From Azolla caroliniana (lineage: Eukaryota; Plantae; Polypodiophyta), in contig JBHGNT010000013.1 of assembly GCA_043228905.1 (NCBI GenBank), positions 8,308,001 to 8,372,000 of the forward strand: 64,000 nt of DNA. The letters are read 5' to 3'. The notes below the pieces were generated by a model. It did not search any database. It saw nothing but the letters and a program-made list of their open reading frames with translations, and was not told the origin of the DNA. Positions 11,355 through 24,500 of the stretch are shown piece by piece (position 1 is the stretch's first letter; every line of letters starts with the position of its first letter). Made by a program: the position numbers and the translations under genes.

Positions 11355-14300
11355 ATGCAGTTCACGTTTTCGCGTGAAAGAACACAAGATGTTGGTGCCT
11401 TTTTGGCATCCTTTGAGCATCATGTTGTCTCTATTGGACGCATCATCGACAATGAGAAGCTACCTTTGTTGGTAGCAACATTCTATGGTCGAGCTCGAGA
11501 TTTGTATGACTCTCTTCCACCAAACCAACAAGGAGCATATCAATTGTTGGTGCACCAGTTTCGTGCCAAATATATTCAACGACGAAGTGCAACTGAAAAG
11601 TAAGGGAAGAGCTATTTCGACTAAAGATGGAATCACCACTTGGTTTCATTGAGTATGAAAGAAATTTCAAGTATTTGTGGACAACATGGATTCGTCTTCG
11701 TGGTGGCATTGAAGACGAGTGGTTTAAAATGGAATGATTCAAGATGGGTCTTGATATGTATTTCTGTTTGGAGGCAAACTTGAAGGATCCTACATCTTTT
11801 CAAGCTCTCATTTAAGTTTTTCAAGCTTATGATCGACAAGTGAAGATGATGAGTTCCATGGGGGACCCCCAAATGACGGCTTTGGGTGCAAATTTGATGC
11901 GTCGTGCCAATTTTCAAGCCTCATCTTCAATTGTGCATGGTGGACAAGTGTTTCCAAATGTGTATACCACCACAACAATAAACCCAACAAGTATATCTCA
12001 AGAACTGGAACAAGTGAAGAGTGAACAAGATACAATGACATTGGTGAATCGGCGCTTTGATGAAGTGATGGCCCACTTGCGACAATCCCAAGCAATTCAC
12101 AACACTATTCCCGATGGTGGTGGCTCTAGAGGGCATCAAGGTGTAATTTGTTATTCTTGTCAAGAGGAGGGACACATCTCAACAAGATGTCCTCATCGAC
12201 AACAAAGAGGGATGGGAAGAGGCATGTATCAAGTGCAAAGGAATGGACAACGACCTAACAACAATGAAGTCGAAGGAGGCGTAACACTTCCTATGGCTCA
12301 GGTTCCTACAATTCCTCATAATGTGAATCTTAATTTTATTGATGATAGTGATAATTCTTGTGAAGTAGCTCCTGTGAAAAGGACAAGGTCCTCGCAAAAG
12401 GAGAAAGAACTTGAAGGAGAATCTAGTGCCTCAAGACAAAAGAAGAAGTCTAAGGAGAATGAGAAAGAGGAGAAATTGAGAAGGAGACACTCTAGAAGGA
12501 AGATCAAGATGGAGGACATTCCTATGGGTGAAGGTGTAGAAGCTTTCAATTTGAAGTATGAGTTGATATCAAGTGGACCAAGGATAACATGGCCACAACT
12601 TCTCCAATTATCTCCCACATTACGAAAGGAGTGGGGGCGGCTTGCAAGTATTCGCCAAAGTCGAAAGACTGTGCATTATGTGGGGATCGTGCGAGTAGAA
12701 GATCAAAAGGACATATGACCAACCATCTCCATCTCCATCAAAGGGTTTCACATCAAAGATGCCTTGGTTGATAGTGGTGCTAGAGTAAGTTTGATTTCTG
12801 AATTTGTGGTAAACAAAGTGGGAATTCCTATTAGTAGGTCATCTTCGGCAAGGGTGGCTATCGCCGATGGTGGAGTGGTCCATTGCATTGGCATAGTGGA
12901 GGATGTGGTCATCAAGTGTTTTGGGGTAAGCATTTTGATGGATTTTCATGTAATACCACTAAAAGGACCGTCATATTCTTTGGTACTAGGAAGACCATCA
13001 TCCAACATCACATAAATCTAAAGGAGGGTACAACTCCAGTTGCACAAAAGTTGCGAAGGCTAGGTCACGTGCAAAAGGAGGCCTTATTAAAGGAAGTCAA
13101 AGCTTTGTTGCGTGCACAATTCATTTATCCAGTGGAAGATTCTGAATGGGTTTCACCCATTGTGGTGGTACCTAAAAAGAATGGAAAATGGAGGGTTTGT
13201 GTTGATTACAAACCTCTAAATGCAGCGACCAAGAGGGATCACTTTCCTCTTCCTTTCCAAGATGAAATATTAGATGAAATTGCAGGTCATGAAATGTACT
13301 CTGTTTGTGATGGCTATTCAGGTTATTTTCAAATTCGTATTGCGGAAGAGGATCAAAAGAAGACGACATTCATTACTCCATGGGGATGCTTTGCATATCG
13401 ATGCATGCCCTTTGGACTCACAAATGCTATTTTTACGTTTAATCGTCTTGTTATTCATGTATTCCAACCATTCTTTGGAGATTTTGTTTGAGTCTTTATG
13501 GATGACTTCACAATTTATAGTAGCAGGAAAGACCATTTGGAAAAGGTCCGCTTGGCATTCAAGAGATGGGAGGAATGCAAAATGCAACTCAACCCAAAGA
13601 AGTGTCACATAGGGGAAAAGGAGGTGGTGATGCTTGGTCATGTGGTCTATCAAGAAGGAATCAAAGTTGATAGCTCAAAGATTGAAGCAATTCAAAAGAT
13701 GACAGCACCCATGAGTATCAAAGATTTGGAGGTCTTTGTTCAAAAAGTTCGTTACTTTGAACGGTTCATTCATATGTTGGCTCAAATTCTCTATCCTTTT
13801 CGCATTATTCTCTGCACCAACAACTTCTTGTGGACATCTACAACTGAAGAGCAATATGTAAGAGTAAAAGAACTATTATGTAATGGTCCTATTCTAAAGC
13901 CACCTGATAGAACATCTACCTTCTTTCTTTCTCTTAGTGTTGGCTCTTATGCTATAGGAGCCATTCTTATGCAACAAGATTTTGAAAATAGGCTTATGCA
14001 TCCTATATATTTTATTAGTAAAGCCATGTTTGATGTAGAGAAAGAATTCTTGGAAGTAGAAAAGTCGATGTTAGCTCTTATATATGCTTGTAAAAAGTTT
14101 AGAAGCTTTCTACTACCTCATCATTTTGTAATAATCACTAGCATGTCATTACTCCCATATGTACTCCAACATGTGAGCATTTAAGCAAGGATTGCTGAAT
14201 GGGCTCTACAATTGGCGGAGTTTGATTTTGAAGTCAAATTGGAATCAACTATGCGTGCCGAATTGGCGGATATTCTCACCTTTAGAGAAAATTTTCATGA

Positions 14301-15391
14301 AGAAGAATTGGTAAAGCTACGAAATGCACTTCCCGAACTAGATATGGAGGATGCATTCACCTTATTCTTTGATGGGGCATTTTGCAAAGCCACAAATGTA
14401 GCCGTGGGTGGAATTATTATCAAGGATACTCAAGGAGAAAGAGTTATAAGTGAGGGTATTACATTAAGTGGTGTGAATTCAAATAATGAAGCGGAGTATG
14501 CTACCTTGTGTTATGGTCTTTGTCTATGTAAAGCTATGAAGATAAAAAGACTAATTCTTAAGGGGGATTCCTTATTGGTAATTAAACAAATTCAAGGCAA
14601 TTGGAAATGTCAAAGTGATGGGCTTAGAAATTTTTATAAAGAAGCAATGAGTCTACTAAGGTCTTTTGAAAAGATACAGGTTAAGCACATGGGGAGATTA
14701 TACAATAAAGAAGCGGATTCATTAGCTCAAGCCCAATTAGAGAAGATCAAGGAAGGTTTCATTGGTGTTTTGGAGATGTGCAAAGATGTAGACTCCCTAG
14801 AGGGCGAGATTATAGAGATACTCTTTAAGTTGCATGAAGAATTTTGTGGTGGGCATTTAGCCCATGATATAATGATAAGAAAGATTTTATTAATTGGTTT
14901 TACATGGCCTACTATACATAGGGTTGTGCATGATTGGTGTAGATCTTGTGATGCATGTCAAAAAGCAGGAATAAGGTATCTACAAAGTGGTCCTCTACAA
15001 CCCATTGTGGTGTTTGCTCCATTCAAGAAATGGGGAATTGATGCAGTAGGACCTCTTGCCAAAACTCAACATGGTAAAGAGTTTATTTTGGTGTCCATTG
15101 ACTACATAACAAAGTGGGTTGAAGCTATAACAACTTCCTCGATTAAAGCCAAAGATGTAGCCCAATTTGTGTATAAGAATATTTGTACTAGATTTGGAGT
15201 TCCGATGGAGATTGTATCCGATCATGGACTAGGTTTCAAGAGTGAAATGTTAGCGTGTCTATTAAGCAAGTTGAAGATTAAGCAGTGATATTCAAGCAAA
15301 TGGTGCAGTTGAGAAAGTGAATGGGCTTATAGTGAAGAACTTGACAAAGTTAGTGCAAGACAAAGTAAGAACTTGGGATAGGTATTTGGAT
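11355..15391 (+). pseudogene. gag-pol of the Tat-like Gypsy (gag, PR, RT, RH, aRH, 5' integrase)
   Basis: ORFs 11355-11603, 11840-12718, 12764-13015, 12883-13491, 13498-14184 and 14212-15288 carry the retroelement motifs, with stops, frameshifts and deletions. Confidence 0.92.
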
Positions 15392-15722
15392 TGTTGAGCG
15401 GCAAGCTCAAATGGAGCCGGATCGGCTGAATGAGCCTGAGCCGGTAAGCGAGATGAATCGGTATGCCAGTGAGCAACCGAGCCGGTAAGCAGTAAGGACC
15501 GGTGAGCTGGGGAGCCGGTATGCCGGATCCAATCTGTAACCGGAAGCCTAGTAAAGGTTAGACTACTATGCAGTTATAGTCTCGTAGTTAGTGTCAGATG
15601 CTCGTGTGAGCATTGAAGTACACCGTACTTCTAACAGTCCCGTGTGGACTTGTATAAATAGCGCTGATGAATGCGTTGTAGATACAGAGCACAGAGTATT
15701 CATATAATTTTGAAAAATAGTG

Positions 15723-15772
<50 letters not shown>

Positions 15773-18700
15773 GCGTACTCTCTCTCTCTCTCTCTCTCTT
15801 TGTGTATTGTTCTTTCTAACGCTTCCGCAAGCAATCTTTTACATGGTATCAGAGCGCGTGGGTTGAGAACCTCTGCTGCAGACATCTACGCTTGTGAAGG
15901 AAACCCTAACAGATCGGAAAGCAGACACAAAAGGAGAAATGGACAAAGGTATGGCTACATCGCTCCCGGTGGAGAAGCTCGATAGAACCAACTATGCATC
16001 TTGGTCATACAAGATGCACCAGTACCTGCTTGGGCATGGCTACTGGAGTTATGTTGAAGGAGTGAACGACTCAGCACCGGAGACGACACACAAGGACTTC
16101 CCAGTGTGGGAACAGGCGGCAAGCAGGGTGATGTACTGCTTCGCATCCAGTGTCGGTGACCAGCTGCTCAGCCATATCCGTGACGCTAGGACACCGAAGG
16201 ATGCTTGGGGAAACTTGAAAAAGGTTTTCGCCGCAAGCACCACTGCCCAGAAGCTGCAACTCAGACAGGAGTTGAGCAATGTTCGACAGAAGAACATGTC
16301 GGTGGTAGATTACACAGCTCGGATCAAAGGGATCTGTGACTCGCTTGCCTCTATTAACGTCACCGTAGAGGAAGACTAGATGGTGTAGGTCTGTCTTGGA
16401 GGCTTGGCGTCCAAGTTCGAAGCTTTCCAGACTGTGGTCTGTACAAGGGAGAATACGCCCTCATTTTTCGACTTACAGTCAATGCTCCTTGTAGAGGAGA
16501 ACCACGCTGGTGCATCTACCAATGCATCCCCAGACAACCGGATGCTATACACGGGAGCGGATCTGTCCCAAGGGCGTGGTGGACGAGGCAGGTCGGCACG
16601 CAATGGAGGCGGCCGTCAAGAGCTGGAACGAAGGCACAGTGAGCGTGCCGACAGCAGTTCCGGGACTTCCACAAGTAGAGGGAGTCAAGGTGGTGCCGGA
16701 GGCCGGCAAGACAAATCCGCTACGGAATGTTGGTACTGTGGCAAAAAGGGCCACAGGGAAAGTGAGTGCTGGAGAAAGCATGCCGATACGGACAAATCCG
16801 GATCCGGCAAGACCGGTAAGGAAGGCCGGCAAAGCTCGCACTACGCAAACGGATTGGGAGGATCCAAGAACGGTAAGGGGCCAACCTTGGTGATGAACCA
16901 CAAGGCAAACTCAATGAAGAAGACCACTTCCAAATCGGAGGAAGTGTGGTACATTGTCTCCGGCGCATCGAACCACATGACGAGCCACGGGGAGTGGTTC
17001 TCCTTTTTGGAGAAGCCGGATCAATCGGGAGTTATCGAAACCGGAGACCACACTCCCCACCCGATCGTGCATGTCGAAGAAGTCCCTTTGAGCCACGTCG
17101 GACAGAGGGGGAAGCTAATGAATGTATTACATGTTCCGACAATCACGAAGAACCTGGTGTCGGTCGGACAGATCGTCGACCAGGGGATGCAGGTGAGGTT
17201 TACGCACCTCGGGTGCTTCATTGAGGATGAGGGCGAAGTTATTGCGCAAGGGCGCAGAGATGGGAGGATGTTTATCCTCAACACCAATGATGTCGGCACT
17301 GCACTGTTCACTAAAGGACAGAAGGTCGAGTCGGATATCGACCTGTGGCACAAGCGGTTAGTGGCGAAGGGATATGCGTAGACCCACAGAATCAACTACG
17401 ACGAGACCTTCGCTCTTGTAGCGAAGATGACGACGGTTCGTGTGGTACTAGCGGTTGCTACAGCAAGGGGGTGGCATCTTCATCAGATGGATGTGAAGAA
17501 TGCCTTCCTTCAAGGAGATCTTGAAGAAGAAGTCTTTATGACTCACTCCCCCGGATTTCAGTCGGAGGTGAACAAGTCAGCGCTATGCCGGCTGAGGAAG
17601 TCGTTGTACGGCTTGAAGCAAGCCCCCCGTGCTTGGAATGCTAAGATCATGCAACGGTTGCGAAAAGATGGGGTTTGTTGCCTCTAAGTCCGACTCTTCC
17701 CTGTTCATCCGTCAAGGCTCAAACGGTCTGGTATGTATCTTACTCTATGTTGATGATTTAGTCATCACCAGCCCAGGTCTTCCGGAAATCAACCGCGTCA
17801 AGTCACAGTTGTCAGACGCATTCGATATGAAGGACTTGGGGGACCTTCATTATTTTTTGGGGATCGAGGTGATCCGCACCCCCGACGGCATATTGCTTTG
17901 TCAACGCGATTATGTATTGAATATACTGTACAAGTTCGGCATGACGGAATGTCGACCTGTCTCCACACCCCTAGACCGGAATCAGAAGATCCGTCCCAAC
18001 TCCGGACGAGCCTGCGATGAGAAAAGGTTTCGACAAATAGTCGGAAGCCTGATCTACTTGACCATCCCCCAACCCGACATTAGCTATCCGGTTGGAGTGG
18101 TAAGCCAATTCATGCAGAAGCCGACCGTGGAGCACCTTCAGTGTGCGCAACGAATACTGAGGTATGTAAGCGGCAAGGTATAACCGAAGAGCTTGTTGGC
18201 TACACGGATGCCGACTGGGCTGGCGATGCAACGGATCATTGCTCAACTTCTGGCTTTATGTTTTCTCTTGGGAGTGCGGCTGTTGCGTGGAGTAGCAAAA
18301 AGCAGCCAACAGTGGCTCTATCCAGCACTGAGGCTGAATACTGGGGCACGACCGTTGCCACCTGCGAAGCCATTTGGCTTCGGCGACTACTGCAAGACCT
18401 GCGGATCGAGGTACCGACCCCGATCCTGATCTACTGTGATAACCTCGCCAAGAACCCTGTGTTCCATGCTCGCATAAAGCACATAGAAGTGCATTATCAC
18501 TTCGTGCGTGAGCGGGTCCTGAGCGGTAAAGTTAAACTACGGTATGTTCACACGGATCAACAAGTTGCCGACATCTTCACCAAGCCGCTCGGGTCAGACA
18601 AGTTGCAGCACTTTACCAAAATGCTTGGTGTTCAGCATCTCGACGTGCCGCACTTGAGGGGGAGACGCAAGGGCAAAGATACTACCGAAACGGGTAAAGG

Positions 18701-19808
18701 CAAAAAAACTGTTGAACCCGTAGGTAAGAGAAGAACCGGTAGAGGTGGAGACACGAAGAAAAATGAAGCCGAGTCGGCGAAGGAAGTCGGCACATCCGAA
18801 CAGGTCGGAGTGAGTGGTTGTGAAGAAGAAGTGTACACTCAGGAAGAGAAGTGCATGCTATGCGGAGGTCATCACGATTGTAATGGCCATGATGCGGAGT
18901 CGAATGAAGAATTTGACTTCGGTGAACCGGCTGCAGAAGCCAAGGGAAGCACGGAGAAGGCCAAGACCCGGACGTGGTCCAATGTGGTGAGAGGCCTGAA
19001 GCCGAAAATTGAATCGGAGGATACCGATTCAGACAAGAGTTGGAATGAGTTAGAGACAGCCGATTCGGATCAACAGACGGATCCGGATGAGTCAGATCAA
19101 CGAGAGGCCAAGGAGAGACGAATGTAGCGGAAGTCGATGCCATTGCGGTGGAACCGACGGATCGGCAAGCACCGGAGTCATAGTAGCGAAGGAGCTGAGA
19201 TGGGCCTATTGAGCAGACATGCCGAAGGTCGAGGCGCGCAGAACCAAAGGGGTCGCGGCAAACGGGACCGGACCGAACAAGGAGCGCGACCAAGGTGAAG
19301 CGACGCCAGGAGAAGTCAGTTGGAAGAACCGGCTGCCACAGAGGTTGACACTACGACCCTACCTCAACCGGAGGGGGAGTGTTGAGCGGCAAGCTCAACC
19401 GGAGCCGGATCGGCTGAATAAGCCTGAGCCGGTAAGCGAGATGAATCGGTATGCCGGTGAGCAACCGAGCCGGTAAGTAGTAAGGACCGGTGAGCTAGGG
19501 AGCCGGTATGCCAGATCCAATTTGTAACCAGAAGCCTAGTATAGGTTAGACTACTAGGTAGTTATAGTCTCGTAGTTAGTGTCAGATGCTCGTGTGAGCA
19601 TTGAAGTACACCATACTTCTAACAGTCCCATGTGGACTTGTATAAATAGCACTGATGAGTGCGTTATAGATACAGAGCACAGAGTATTCATATAATTTTG
19701 AAAAATAGTGTGTCTTGACCTTCTCTCTCTCTCTCTCTCTCCCGCGTACTCTCTCTCTCTCTCTTTGTGTATTGTTCTTTCTAACGCTTCCGCAAGCAAT
19801 CTTTTACA
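15392..19808 (+). mobile_element. Ty1/Copia element (Copia-2) with both LTRs, integrase deleted; TSD TGGAT
   Basis: LTRs 15392-15843 and 19380-19808 (TG..CA), PBS TGGTATCAGAGC (tRNA-iMet), PPT GGAGGGGGAG. Gag, CWYCGKKGHRESEC, SGASNHM protease, RT YVDD, RNase H. TGGAT on both sides. Confidence 0.97.
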
Positions 19809-20884
19809 TGGATGATACTCTTTGGCCTTATCGAGTTTCTTATAAATTCTCCATAGGTTTTACTCCTTTTTATTTGGTTTATGTTACCGATTAGGAACAC
19901 GGTCTTCAGTCAGTCCTTCGACCTAGACCTCAAGGTGACTACGTTGCCATGAATGGTACTGTCGTACCGTAATACGTAATGGGATAACTCTTTGTATCCT
20001 AGTAGCGTATAAGAGCGACGGCTACAACCGAATTCCCTAGACAATGCACTAGTCACAACACTCACACTCACGCCTACGCTTCTTACGATTAGAGTGCTTA
20101 CGCTATGCCACCAAGAATCACAGACACACAGTAGATTAACCACAAATTTGCATAGGATATCAGAGAAGATAAAACTCTATTAACATATGCTTTATGCACC
20201 AAAATTTACATGCTACCTCTATCAGAGGATTTCTGCCCTTTATATACACAGGATCTTTTAGCCGTTCACGCTTCCCACGTGAACCGTTTACATGCGTTAC
20301 GTTTATAGTATATTCAATATTTCTGCGCTCCTGTCTGTCGGTTACTATTCCGGTAGACAACACCTGGCACGCCTGTGGGACAGTGCCATGGCACGTCGGA
20401 CCCACCCCTTTAATCTTCCTCCAAAATGTCCCTGATGTTTGGTTATGCTCCAGTGTTTGGGTCCGGGGATGGCGTAGTGTCCGTAGGCGTGTCATTGCGT
20501 CGTTCCACTACTTGCTGGGTAGGACCTCCCCTGGTGTCACTGGCTTCTTGTGTGGGCAGTACGGGCTCTGTGGGCTCATCTTGTGCTATTGTGGTTGGTT
20601 CAGGTGTCGGCGGGCTTGCGGTAGGTCCAAGTTCTCTCTCATCCATAACTTCCTCCGTGGTGTCAGCCATAGTCGTACACTCCGGTGAATGGGGCTGGGG
20701 TTCCTCTTGGATGGCGGTTTCGCTCTCTGGTACCGCGGGGGGCTCCGCTTGCCGTTCCGTGCTGTCCACCGTAGTGGTTATTTCCAGTGACATGGGCTGA
20801 GGTTCCTTTTGGTCGGCAGTATCCGGGATTGGTATCTCGATTGATTCCTCGTTTGTTTGCATGCTGCTAGCTTGCATGATCTGG

Positions 20885-21316
20885 TGAGATGACGCGAACT
20901 GCACGCTCCCTATACGCAACGCTCGGCCACAACCGAGCTTAGAATCATACACAGAAAACGGGAAATAAATGCACGACACAAAGAAGAGAAGAGTACACAG
21001 GATGTTTACATGGAAAACCCAAACTAGGGAAAAACCACGGCAGCCCACAGGCTGCAAACTATCACTATGTTAGAATGTACAACAGTGAGTGCACGGAGGC
21101 AACGACCTCGCGCTCACGATCTTCGCCACAGGCGGCGGTTTAAACAGAGGCAACGACCTCTTCCTCTCTCTCTCTCTCTTATGCCTGTACACAAGAATAA
21201 CAACCAACAACTAAAAGTTTGCCCTAAGTCATATTTATACTAATATGACTTTTCGGCTATTTACAAATATAGCCATGATGGACTCTCAGAAACATATTTA
21301 CGAATATGTCTCTTCA
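20885..21316 (-). mobile_element. Solo LTR (Copia-type) inserted in the Gypsy-2 extra ORF
   Basis: TG..CA ends. Flanks TCTGG / TCCAG are both derivable from TCCGG by methyl-C decay. Contains the GGGTTTTCCA(C/T)GT motif common in plant Copia LTRs, on the minus strand. Confidence 0.75.
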
Positions 21317-21330
21317 TCCAGTGAGCACTC

Positions 21331-21548
21331 CTCACCGGGTCTGCACCATCCGGCTCTCCGTAGCCGGGTACTCCTCATCCGATTCTCACTAGGTCTACAC
21401 CTTCCGGCTCTCCGTAGCCAGGTACTCCTCATCCGGTTCTCACCGGGTCTGCACCATCCGGCTCTCCGTAGCCGGGTACTCCTCATCCGGTTCTCACCGG
21501 GTCTGCACCATCCGGCTCTCCGTAGCCGGGTACTCGTCATACGGTTTC
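21331..21548. repeat. 54-bp tandem repeat, 4 copies
   Basis: ctcaccgggtctgcaccatccggctctccgtagccgggtactcctcatccggtt at 21331, 21385, 21439 and 21493. Confidence 0.95.
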
Positions 21549-24500
21549 CCACAGTTTGTTCATCAACACTGTTCTTCTCCCTTCCCATCCAGAGGGACCT
21601 GTCTCCCAACATGAGACATGTCCTCCTGACTTTCGCCAAAATCGTCTAGTAGCTGCACGAGTTCCTCGGAGTGTTCGTCCACTAGTGTGTGATAGTCCTG
21701 CGCTAGGTCCTCGCGTACGACTGCAATTCTTTCTTCATTAAGTTTGTAGAACCCTCAGCTGTCTTTCCTTCGGTTCTTCCAGTCTGCCCCGTATGTATGC
21801 AATTCCACTGCTTGTGCGGCCCACGCCATCTAGCCTTTGTCTAGCGCTGCTTTTAATTGCACCGTAAACCTCTCCCGATTTGTTTGAAGAAATGCACACG
21901 TTGTCGGTTATTGCTTGGCAACGGTTGCATGCTTCTTCTACGATTTTCTTGAGGTTTTCGATTTCTTGTTTACTAACCGCCACCGCTTCTTCATAAGTGC
22001 TCCTCATTCCTGCCCATAACTGAGATTCCTTCGAATGTAATTCTTCCAGCTTTCCCATTTTATTGTTCAGGCAGATTTTGAGCTAATGCCTTCTCTCCTG
22101 TTCCCCTACAAGCTGCTCGTCGAACCATACTTTCTTCTTCTCCAATAAGGCCCGAAGTCCCGCGATCACCGCTTTCAATTTTTGCGCTTCATCCCGTAAT
22201 TGGGCATTTTCTTCTTTCGTCCGAGTGTGTTGTGTTGCCTCTACTGCGAGTTTCTCTTCAAGGGTCCTCACTGCCTTTTGGCCGTTGGCCTGGATGTCCT
22301 TTTCTATGTCCGAGGACTGGCGAAGTTCGGAGCAGAGACGGTCAAACTTTGATTCCGCCAGTTGCATGGCCCGTTTTGCTTTCGAGGCAATGGCGGTCTG
22401 GGCCTCAATTTCTTCTCTCAGGGTGATTGGGGCGTTGGCTATTGGTTGAGCTGCCTGCTTTGCCGTAATCGCGCTATGTTCCAACTCTGCGATGCGTGCG
22501 TTGGCCTTTTGTAGCTCGGCTTGGGTCAGTTTAATAGTCTTCCAGACATTTTTGTTTTTAATCGCCATATCCTTGGCGCCCATATTGACCTTCGCCAGTT
22601 CCCTATGAACTTCGACAAGGGCCGCATTTAATGGGGGTAGTTCCATCCCCATTCGGCATATACTGGCGTTCCGTTGTCTGCCGACTTTGGTTAACTGCTC
22701 CTCATCATCGCTTTCTGTCGTTTGTGTTAGCGCGCACTCAATCATTTGGCACTGCGCGTGTTCCACGGCTATTCGTTGTGAGACTTTTATTTGTTGTGAT
22801 GCCAAAAATTCCATGAGTTCAAAAGGGGTTCCGAACTGTAATAGTGTGTGGAACTCATGGGCTGTGTCTGGAATGTTCGGATACACCAGGACCTCGCTTT
22901 CCGCCGTAAATACGCCCTTCCCCCACTGTGACTGGGCCATAATGATCGGTCGTGGTTCCTGGATTATTTCGAAGGTGGTGTTGGGCTCTGTAGCTACGGA
23001 GCTGTCGACCACAGTCATCGTCTTTGTGGCTACGAGTGGGTCTTTAACTAACCTGCGCCCATCTTTCCTGTCCAGCCGTCGATGTTTCGGCTTAGGGCTT
23101 CCTTGACTTGGCTCGGCTTCTAGCTCCTGCGCAGTTTCCTCGCTGCGCTCCGCCAGCTCTTCCTATGTTATTTGCGTGTTGAGCTGGGTGGATTGGGGTT
23201 CATCCTCCCACTCTATGGTGGCCAACTCCACTAACCTTCACTTCGTGGAGCGTGGCAGCGACGTGGATTTTTGGGTCTGTGGTGCCGGTAGACCTCGAGG
23301 TGGGAATAGTATCGTCAGATACTGTTGTATGGTAGGCCTTAGCTTTTTGCTGCCTTGATATGCGTGCAGGCCTTCACGTTACGTTGGTCCCATAAGGACC
23401 CCCCAATTGACTGTGCGCCCTTCAATGGTATCAATGATGATACCTGCCTTCTGCTTGGGCATCCCATATGCGTTTACATGTACGCATCCGACCTCTAACA
23501 GGAACTTGGCTATTTCGCTAACAAAGGGGTCGGGGATTTCTTTAGTTCTATATGCCTTGGCAAACGCCGAATATGGCCTGAAATATCTCTGCAACGTTTC
23601 CGCAGGAGGAATTTTGAAATGCCTTTCTCCTAGTGATGACAGGTCCAGCTTTTTCCGGATGAACGTGTTGGTGACCGTGTCGATATTGAGCTTCCTAGCG
23701 ATGTCCACTACATCAGGGTGGGGAGGTGCCCCGACGACTCTGATGTATCCATCCAAGCGTTTCTCCATGAGCCATCGACGTAGGGCGACAGAAATAGGTA
23801 TCGGCATAGTCGAATGGTTAGGCTCGTGGTTAATGGGTGAGGACTATTGGCTATGGCGAACTTGAGCTCTGTGATAGGATGGAGAAGAGGGTGAGGGAGG
23901 GGAGCGATGAGAGTTAGAAGGTTGGTTTCTATACTGTGCAGAAAACCTTCTATTTCCTTCTTTTTGTGGCCTAGGGTTCATTGGTTGTTGAGCCATCGTG
24001 GTGCCGCGTATTCTTGTCCTAGAAGTTTGTGCATGCCTTAAGTCCTTTTAATAGCGTCGCTATCTTCTCTCCCTTTTTTATTTTTATTTTTTCCGGAACA
24101 GTTACATACAATATTCTTTTTACACTATAGTACAAATGGAGCCCCTTACTCCGCGGATTTCCCAGCATTGTCCTGTTCGGCGGGGAACGGGGAACGGGTT
24201 AGGTGGCATAGGTCCTAGATAAGGTTTAAGGCGAAACTCATATTTGCCCTCTAGTAGTCAGGCTCGTACTTGAATCCGCAGACTGGGTACCTGGAATTCG
24301 ACTGGCATCACGGCCTCTAGCCCAAATGCTAGCCTGAAAGGCGTTGATTGTATGATGGTCTTATCACTGGTACGGTATGCCCATAACGCTTGGTGCAATT
24401 TGGTATTCCAATCCGTTCTGTTCTCATTGACTATCTTTTTGAGGATAGTTTGTAGGGTTTTGTTCGTGGATTCTGCCAAGCCATTTGCCTGTGCGTAATA

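Larger units (their letters stand above)
20410..23850 (-). pseudogene. Extra ORF region downstream of pol in Gypsy-2 (coiled-coil and low-complexity protein)
   Basis: Collinear minus-strand ORFs 23379-23807, 22083-23018 (heptad-rich), 21738-22058, 21298-21639 and 20443-20880, ending ..DILEED*. Confidence 0.65.

Noticed and set aside
19882-20382. Gypsy-2 being plus-oriented with a normal PBS at 20365 and an inverted interior
   Set aside because: The LTR TATA box, gag-pol and a PBS next to the right LTR are all on the minus strand, so the left LTR is the 3' LTR.
22083-23018. env gene
   Set aside because: No evident signal peptide or transmembrane helix; coiled-coil character only.
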